Source: an uncultured bacterium (GTDB taxonomy: Bacteria; Chloroflexota; UBA5177; JANWHV01). From it: 64,000 nucleotides of DNA. Positions 57,757 to 64,000 of this stretch are shown piece after piece (positions within the stretch are counted from its first letter, which is position 1; the number at the start of each line of letters is the position of its first letter). Position numbers and translations under genes: made by a program. The notes under the pieces are model-generated. The model was not told where the DNA came from and did no database searches. It saw only the letters and a list, made by a program, of their open reading frames with translations. The DNA is taken from contig CAWHAE010000018.1 of assembly GCA_963827235.1 (NCBI GenBank), positions 64,001-128,000 of the forward strand. Reading direction: 5' to 3'.

Positions 57757-60360
57757 ATGCTCGACGGCACCTTTGCCCTGGCCTATGCCTGGCGGAACCT
57801 CAAGAGAGGCGGCCGGCGGTCTCTGTTCGCCGCCTTCTGCGTGGCGGTCGGAGTTGCCGCCGTGGTGGGCATGCAGCTCCTGGCCCTCAACATCAGCGCA
57901 TCCGTGGACAAGGCGCCCAACCAGGCGAACGGCGGCGACATCTCCGTCGAGCCAATCTCCAACCCGTTCCAGCGCTCGGACATTGCCGCCGTCGAATCCC
58001 TGAAGAAGCGTGGCGAGATCGTCGACTACACGATCACGCTGAATGGGCAGCGGAACGGACTCGGCGTCAAGGCGACGGCCGGCGACCGCACCACGCTGAT
58101 CTCGGTGCGCGGCATCCAGACCACCAGCTACCCGCTCTACGGCACCTTCGATTCCGTCACGCCCAAGTCGCCGGTAGATGCGCTGCTGAAGTCGCCGACC
58201 GACGCGGTGATTACCTCGGACGTCTTCGCGCGTCTGCATCTGCGCGTCGGCGAACGGGTGGATCTCGCCACGCCGGCGCCGGAGCGGGTCACCATTCGCG
58301 GCGTGATCGATCCCGCGGGCCTGTTCCAGGGCGACTTCGGCATCGGTGGCACCATCTACCAGTCCATCCAGGGACTCTGGAGCGCCGAGCCTGGCATGAC
58401 CGGCGGCGCCCACGGAACAATTGCCAGCAGACTTTACGTGCGCACCCAGGACGACGCTCACACCGCCGCCGCGCTCAGCGCTCTGAAGCACGTGCTTGGG
58501 CCGCTCTACCGGTACACGACGGCAGCCGACGTGGCCAAGCAGGAGGCGACAAACACCGAGCGGATGCAGCAGCTCTTGCTGGCTTGCGGTCTGCTGGCCC
58601 TGCTGATCGGCGGCATCGGCATCGCCAACACCATGCTCGTGTCCGTGGGTCGGCGCACCAAGGAGATCGCCGTGCTCAAAGCCCTGGGCATGAAGAGCTA
58701 CCAGGTCATCCCGCTCTTCCTCCTGGAGGCGGTGCTGCTGGGCCTGGCGGGCAGTGCCCTCGGCATCCTCGGCGGCATTGGTCTGAGCGTGGGAGCGACC
58801 GCCATCGCCGTGCAGTTCGGCGCCCAGGTCTCCTGGGCTCTGCGGCCCAGCCCAATCCTCGTCGGCGTCACGCTGGGCGTGATCGCCACCGCGGTGTTCG
58901 GCTTTCTCCCCGTGCTGCGAGCAGGCAAGACCAGGCCTATCGGCGTGCTGCGCGATGAAGACGCGCCCCTTCCACGCATCGGTTGGGCGATTACCGGTCT
59001 GGTTACGTTCGTCCTGACCGGCAGCATGGGCATCGTTGCCGGCATCGTGCTGCACAACGTCCGGCTCGGCATTGCCCTGGCCTACGGCGTGGTGATCGGA
59101 TTCCTCATCTTCAGCGCCTTCTTTCTGCTGGTGGTCTCTGTCGCCAGCCGCGGACCCAGCTTCGGCATGCTGGGCCTCAACATGGGCTTGCGTAACTTGA
59201 CTCGCCAGAAGCGCCGGGTGGCCTCCACGATGGTCGCTCTCTGCATCGGCGTGTTGGCCGTTGGCACCGTGGTCGTGCTATCGCAGAACGTGCGGGCCGA
59301 GTTTCAGGGTCTCTTTGAAAGGGATTGGGGCTTCAACGTCGCCGCCTTCGGGCCGGTCGGCCAGGAGCAGAATATGCTGGCGGAGGTACGCAGACTGCCC
59401 GGCTTCGAGAAGGTCGAGCAGGGCCTTCTGGTCGGCGGACTGCGCCTGAACACCATCGACGGCCAGCCGGCCGGCCCTATCCTGGCGCGCGGTGCGGCAA
59501 GCAATACCGGCACAGGGGAAGACCGTGTGCGCCTCTCGGAAACCCTGGATGGGCGCGATCTTCGCGTCGCTCTGCTGAACGTCAAGGTGCTTGCCGGCGG
59601 AAGATCGCTCACGGCCGCGGACGAGGGAACCGACAACGTCGTCATACCGCAGGACTTCGCACAGGCATTAAAGCTGCAACCCGGCAGCATGCTGGGCTAC
59701 GCCGACCTGACCGGCAGCCAGATCGTGCTCCACGTGGTGGGCATCATCGACCCCACCAGTATCACGCCGACCTTCGGCGAGGGCATCCTCGCCTCTTCCT
59801 CGTATCTGCGCCGATTCGCGGCCGGCTCGCCGGCTGCCGGAAGCGTCCTCTACATACAGTTCCGATCCGGCCTGGACAGCGCGGCGGCCTCCGCTATTGA
59901 CCGCGACCTGCCGCAGGACTATGCCTTCGACATCAACTCGCTCATCCCGGTGGTCGACCAGATCCTGGAGCGCGCAACCGTGTTTCCGGTGCTACTCGCC
60001 GCGCTGTCCCTGTTTGCCGGCGGCGTGATTATCGCCAACACGGTAGCCCTAGCCGTGCTCGAGCGCCGGCGTGAGATAGGCGTCATGAAGGCACTGGGCG
60101 CGCGGGGCGGTACCGTGCTGCGTCTCCTGCTTCTGGAGAGCGGCATCGTGGGCTTCATGGGCGGGGCCATGGGCACGATCATGGCGGTGATTGCCTCTGC
60201 CCTGCTCGACAACCTGGTCCTCAACATTCCGTCGATCCTCGATCCGTGGGTGATCGGCGGTCTGATCGCCCTAGCCGTGGTCCTGGCTCTCGTCGCCAGC
60301 GTGATCTCCGCGTTGCCGGCATCGCGCGAGAAGCCGCTCATCGTGCTGCGCTACGAGTGA
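57757..60360 (+). CDS. FtsX/MacB-type double-domain ABC permease
   Basis: YAWRNL, RRTKEIAVLKALG, ERRREIGVMKALGA, VLRYE. The true start may be ATG 57728 (TAATG) with one G missing. Confidence 0.92.
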   Translation: MLDGTFALAYAWRNLKRGGRRSLFAAFCVAVGVAAVVGMQLLALNISASVDKAPNQANGGDISVEPISNPFQRSDIAAVESLKKRGEIVDYTITLNGQRNGLGVKATAGDRTTLISVRGIQTTSYPLYGTFDSVTPKSPVDALLKSPTDAVITSDVFARLHLRVGERVDLATPAPERVTIRGVIDPAGLFQGDFGIGGTIYQSIQGLWSAEPGMTGGAHGTIASRLYVRTQDDAHTAAALSALKHVLGPLYRYTTAADVAKQEATNTERMQQLLLACGLLALLIGGIGIANTMLVSVGRRTKEIAVLKALGMKSYQVIPLFLLEAVLLGLAGSALGILGGIGLSVGATAIAVQFGAQVSWALRPSPILVGVTLGVIATAVFGFLPVLRAGKTRPIGVLRDEDAPLPRIGWAITGLVTFVLTGSMGIVAGIVLHNVRLGIALAYGVVIGFLIFSAFFLLVVSVASRGPSFGMLGLNMGLRNLTRQKRRVASTMVALCIGVLAVGTVVVLSQNVRAEFQGLFERDWGFNVAAFGPVGQEQNMLAEVRRLPGFEKVEQGLLVGGLRLNTIDGQPAGPILARGAASNTGTGEDRVRLSETLDGRDLRVALLNVKVLAGGRSLTAADEGTDNVVIPQDFAQALKLQPGSMLGYADLTGSQIVLHVVGIIDPTSITPTFGEGILASSSYLRRFAAGSPAAGSVLYIQFRSGLDSAAASAIDRDLPQDYAFDINSLIPVVDQILERATVFPVLLAALSLFAGGVIIANTVALAVLERRREIGVMKALGARGGTVLRLLLLESGIVGFMGGAMGTIMAVIASALLDNLVLNIPSILDPWVIGGLIALAVVLALVASVISALPASREKPLIVLRYE

Positions 60361-60423
60361 GCCGCGAGCTCCGGCCAAGACCGCTACCGGGTGGTCAGGG
60401 AGAAGCTGCCCAGCCGCAGACAG

Positions 60424-60451
60424 GATGCCCCGCGGTGAACCGCGGGGCATC
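60424..60451. terminator. Stem-loop after the permease
   Basis: gatgccccgcgg-tgaa-ccgcggggcatc, a 12-bp perfect stem. Confidence 0.6.
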
Positions 60452-60847
60452 TCATGGCTCGCCAAGCGCGGAACTGATTCCGCCCGTCCTCAAGAGCTGA
60501 GCCTGTCTTATTGTATGAAGGTGGGCACGTCGTCGCAGACCAGGGTGTCCACGATGGGAACCGCCGTCTGAGCGTGATAGTCGCCGATGGCACAGGCCTG
60601 GAAGTGGTGATCGGTGGCACCATCCTGGCCAGCGGCTGAGGGTGCAAGACAAGGGAAGCTGCAGCGTGCAGTCAGGCAGGGCGACAAGGGTCGACGGGCC
60701 AAACGGCCCTCATCTTAGGCCTGTTCAGCAACTGACGCGGGCGGCGGCTCTCCCCGATGATAGGAGAGAGCGCCAGCTCGGGTCGCTCCTGATGATGCGG
60801 CGCGAGTGCGACGATAGACCGCACGTCATGTGTATGAGGAGGCTTGA

Positions 60848-61543
60848 ATGAGCCGTGAGCCACTGATCCTGATCCTGCTCGGCGCGCCCGGTGCCGGCAA
60901 GGGAACGTACAGCAAGCCGTTGATGGAGACGTACCACACGCCTCAGATCTCCACGGGCGACATGTTCCGCGCCCATCTGAAAATCGGATCGCCGCTGGGC
61001 GTTGAAGCGCGGTCCTACATGGACAGGGGAGCCCTCGTACCCGACAGCGTGGTAATCCGCATGGTCGAAGAGCGCATCACCCAGGCGGATTGCCAGAACG
61101 GCTTCATCCTGGACGGCTTCCCGCGCACGGTGGCACAGGCAGATGCCCTTGGTCAGCTGCTGGCGGGCAAGGGCTTGAGTCTGCGCTGCGCCGTGAACCT
61201 GGACGTGGACCGCGATATCCTGATGAAACGCCTGACCGGGCGGCGCATGTGCCGCGGCTGCGAGCGGGGCAACTTCAACATCTACACGTTGCCGCCGAAG
61301 GTCGAAGCCACGTGCGACTATTGCGGCGGCGCGCTCTATCAGCGCGACGACGACAAGGAAGAGGTCATCGTCAAGCGACTCGAGACCTACCAGAACCAGA
61401 CCCAGCCCTTGATCGAGTACTACAAGGCCAAGGGCCTGCTCGAGAACGTCGTCAGCAACGGTGACATCGCCGCCATGCTGCAGAAGATTATCAGCATCAT
61501 CGAGTCTCGCGCCGTGGAGGCTCGCCAGCCGGTCTTGGCTTGA
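60848..61543 (+). CDS. adk: Adenylate kinase with zinc-binding LID
   Basis: GAPGAGKGT, ISTGDMFR, GFILDGFPRT, CRGC..CDYC, QRDDD. Confidence 0.95.
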   Translation: MSREPLILILLGAPGAGKGTYSKPLMETYHTPQISTGDMFRAHLKIGSPLGVEARSYMDRGALVPDSVVIRMVEERITQADCQNGFILDGFPRTVAQADALGQLLAGKGLSLRCAVNLDVDRDILMKRLTGRRMCRGCERGNFNIYTLPPKVEATCDYCGGALYQRDDDKEEVIVKRLETYQNQTQPLIEYYKAKGLLENVVSNGDIAAMLQKIISIIESRAVEARQPVLA

Positions 61544-62300
61544 GCGTGTCCCGACAGATACCTGTGCAGACGCGGCCCACGACCGCCGGATCGACGGTCT
61601 GACTCTGACGCCGGCGTCGTGCGGCCGCGGCGCCGGCGGCCGGCGCGGGCCGTCACCTTACGCTGTGCTGCGCCTCGCCGGGTGCTGCGCCGAGGCGGTC
61701 GTCGTCATATCGAGCGAGATGTGCCCCGTGCTCTGGAGCCACATGATGCGGTAGCGGCTCGGGCGGCGACCGCCTCTGCACCGCCCCGATCCGTGCGCCG
61801 CCTCGGTCCACTGGTGCCGGCGACCGGATGAAGGTCCAGATCGCGCACGTGACCAGAACGAGAGGTCCGGCAACGGGATAGGCGTCCCAAACATGCTCCG
61901 CCGCACCTCCAGTCGCTTTGCGGGCGCGCGGGGATCGGCTGCGCCACGGCCGCTGCTTCACGGCGTGGCCGTCCGCAGAACGCTCGTTCCCGGCGCGACC
62001 GTCTCCCGTGCACACGGATGCCTGCAGGCGAGCAGCTTGCGGGACGTGCTGCCGCGCCGAAACGTCAGGCTGGGTAGCGGTATCACCGAGACGTTGCCCC
62101 CGGCCGGCTGCTAGATCCGATAGATCGGGCAGCCCAGAGGCCCGTTGGGCGAATCCCTGTGCTTTTACCTGGCCGGCCATGACTTTTGACCTACGGCATT
62201 TCACGGCCTCCTTCACTGTCGTGGTGGCACGTGCATCCTTATGCTGGTTTTGTTCGGGGGCGGTCCCCGAGGAAGCACGATCAATCGACGGGTGGATCTA

Positions 62301-63113
62301 ATGGCCATGAGGCGAGAAGCAGTGTCGACCCCGTGGGACGAGGGCAGGCTCGACCCCGCAAGCACCCTCGTATCGGTACGGCGTCTGACCAAGAGATTCG
62401 GCGATCGAACGGCCGTGGACGGGATCAGCTTCGATATCCGGCGCGGCGAGATCTTCGGCCTGCTGGGACCCAACGGAGCCGGCAAGAGCACTGTTGTGAA
62501 CATGCTCAGCACCTACACTCGGCCCGACGGCGGTGAAGTGCTAGTTGCCGGTCACGCGCTCGGCCGGGGCGATGCCGTAAAGCGCGCTATCGGCGTCGTG
62601 CCGCAGGAGCTGGCACTCTACGAAGAACTGAGCGCGCAGGAGAATTTGGCGTTCTACGCTCGCGTCTACGACCTGCCCAGGGTCGACCGCGCCTGCCGGG
62701 TGCAGGAAGTCCTGCGCCAGGTTGGGCTGGCCGATCGGGCGAGCGAACGCGTCGAGGCCTTCAGCGGAGGCATGAAACGGCGGCTCAATCTGGCGCTCGG
62801 TATTCTTCACCGGCCCGCGTTGTTGCTGCTGGACGAGCCGACGGTCGGCGTGGACCCGCAGTCGCGGGAGCGCATCTTCGAGATCCTACGCGACCTGCAA
62901 ACGGAGGGAACGACGCTGCTCTACACAACCCACTATATGGAGGAGGCCGAGCGGCTCTGCGACCGTATCGCCATCATCGACGACGGATGCATCGTGGCCG
63001 GTGGAACGCTCGAAGAGCTATTGCGGCTGCGCGTGGACGAGATCATCGAACAGCGGCCCCGCGGCCTGGAACAGCTTTTCATACAGCTCACCGGCAAGCG
63101 GTTGCGAGACTAA
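62301..63113 (+). CDS. ABC-2/DrrA-type exporter ATP-binding protein
   Basis: GPNGAGKST, FSGGMKRRL, LDEPTVGVDPQSR, TTHYMEEAE. Confidence 0.95.
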   Translation: MAMRREAVSTPWDEGRLDPASTLVSVRRLTKRFGDRTAVDGISFDIRRGEIFGLLGPNGAGKSTVVNMLSTYTRPDGGEVLVAGHALGRGDAVKRAIGVVPQELALYEELSAQENLAFYARVYDLPRVDRACRVQEVLRQVGLADRASERVEAFSGGMKRRLNLALGILHRPALLLLDEPTVGVDPQSRERIFEILRDLQTEGTTLLYTTHYMEEAERLCDRIAIIDDGCIVAGGTLEELLRLRVDEIIEQRPRGLEQLFIQLTGKRLRD

Positions 63114-63142
63114 CCAACACGACGACGAGGAGGCTCAACACG

Positions 63143-64000
63143 ATGCTTCGCAAGATCTGGTACGTGGCGGCGAAAGACCTGCTGCAGATGACGAAAGACC
63201 GCATGGGCCTGGTCTGGCTGATCGCACTGCCGCTCCTGGTGATGGGCATTATCGGCTCCATGGTATCGGGATCGCTCTCCGGATCGGCGGTCACGGCCAC
63301 ATTGCCGATCGTCAACGACGATGGAGGCTCGGGCGCCACCGCGCTGATCGCCGTGCTTCGCCAAACGGCGTCGCTCAAGGTGGAGTTGCGTACCGACGGA
63401 GCGGCGCTAGAAAAGGCAGTGCGAAACGGCGACCAGGTCGGTCTGCTGATCATTCCCAAGGGGTACTCGGTGGCCCTGCACTCTCCGCATCCGTCCGCAC
63501 ACGTGATCTACTATGCCGTGGACAACAATAGCGACCAGCGGGCCACCATCGCCAGCTACAGCGTGCGGGAAGTCGTGCAGCGGATGGCCTGGACCAGCGC
63601 GACCGGAGCGGCCGTCACCCAGGCTCAGCTACATGCCGGGGGCCACGACGATCCCGCGCTGACTTCGCGGCTCGTCACCGAGGCCGGGCAACGACTGTCA
63701 CAGGCTCCTCCGGTGGTGGTGCAGACAGAGAACGCTACGGGCAAGACCAATTACGAAGACCAAGCAGTGCCCGGCTACGCCCTGATGTTCGCGCTCTTCG
63801 GCGTCTCGGCCGGCGCAGGATCGATCCTGGACGAGAAGGAGAAAGGCACGTTCAAGCGCTTGCTGATCGCACCGTTGCCGCCGTACGCCGTGCTTGGCGG
63901 CAAAATGCTCTCGCAGTTCATCCAATCGGTTGTCCAGCTCACCCTCCTCTTCGCCATCGGCGCGGCTCTGTTCAGAATCGACCTCGGATCATCGCCTCTT
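63143..64000 (+). CDS. ABC-2 type permease (3' end outside window)
   Basis: GAGGAGG RBS. MLRKIWYVAAKDLLQ..DR..LP, VPGYALMFALF, EKEKGTFKRLLIAP..GK. Open to the window end. Confidence 0.9.
   Translation, partial: MLRKIWYVAAKDLLQMTKDRMGLVWLIALPLLVMGIIGSMVSGSLSGSAVTATLPIVNDDGGSGATALIAVLRQTASLKVELRTDGAALEKAVRNGDQVGLLIIPKGYSVALHSPHPSAHVIYYAVDNNSDQRATIASYSVREVVQRMAWTSATGAAVTQAQLHAGGHDDPALTSRLVTEAGQRLSQAPPVVVQTENATGKTNYEDQAVPGYALMFALFGVSAGAGSILDEKEKGTFKRLLIAPLPPYAVLGGKMLSQFIQSVVQLTLLFAIGAALFRIDLGSSPL

Noticed and set aside
61653-61895. Possible small minus-strand membrane gene after GGAGG (MFGTPIP... / WDAYPVAGPLVLVTCAIWTF)
   Set aside because: The start and the hydrophobic segment are in different frames and no family is recognisable, so it cannot be supported.
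143-63957. Numerous long antisense and alternative-frame ORFs in the ORF track (e.g. 3422-4825, 20977-22314, 44899-46260, 57745-59055)
   Set aside because: Arg/Ala/Pro-rich shadows of real genes, expected in high-GC DNA, with no family motifs.
1-64000. tRNA, rRNA, CRISPR arrays, transposases, integrases, phage genes
   Set aside because: By eye I found no regularly spaced repeats, T-loop/cloverleaf signatures, or DDE/tyrosine recombinase motifs. A covariance search was not run.

Overview
64 kb of high-GC bacterial chromosome. The gene content (lmo0937/DUF3309/DUF892 small stress genes, BTAD regulator, orphan PAS kinases, no outer-membrane genes) suggests a monoderm, probably Chloroflexota or a related lineage; this taxonomy is inference only. 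In order, the window holds: (1) a catabolic operon of SDR, M24 peptidase, CaiB CoA-transferase, enoyl-CoA hydratase, a signal-less solute-binding protein and a UroD/MtaA-like protein; (2) malY/patB-like lyase and a bacteriohemerythrin; (3) a small hydrophobic peptide ending ASGAGTHWF, with its own promoter, directly before a DUF5317 membrane protein, a candidate peptide-signalling module; (4) MgtE-N/CBS plus an NRAMP-like transporter, small stress genes and remnants, and a PAS/GAF kinase; (5) a membrane GGDEF-EAL-hemerythrin fusion; (6) an ECF sigma/ZAS anti-sigma operon, a large Glu/Asp-Ser subtilase, a BTAD regulator and a B12 radical SAM gene, all broken by single-base indels that look like long-read errors; (7) a heterodisulfide-reductase-like cluster joined to a sulfur relay (tusA, mvhD-like, hdrL, hdrA, wHTH, hdrC, CCG protein, dsrE2, then osmC, rhodanese, DUF302) with CsoR/CstR-type operators; (8) a FadR-type sugar regulon with five TTGACA promoters, a perfect 42-bp palindrome, an ABC transporter and IlvD/DHDPS enzymes; (9) a multi-PAS kinase, FrnE, a third UroD-like protein, ABC exporters and an orphan adk. 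I recognised no tRNA, rRNA, CRISPR array, transposase or integrase. All family calls come from motif recognition by eye, not database searches.
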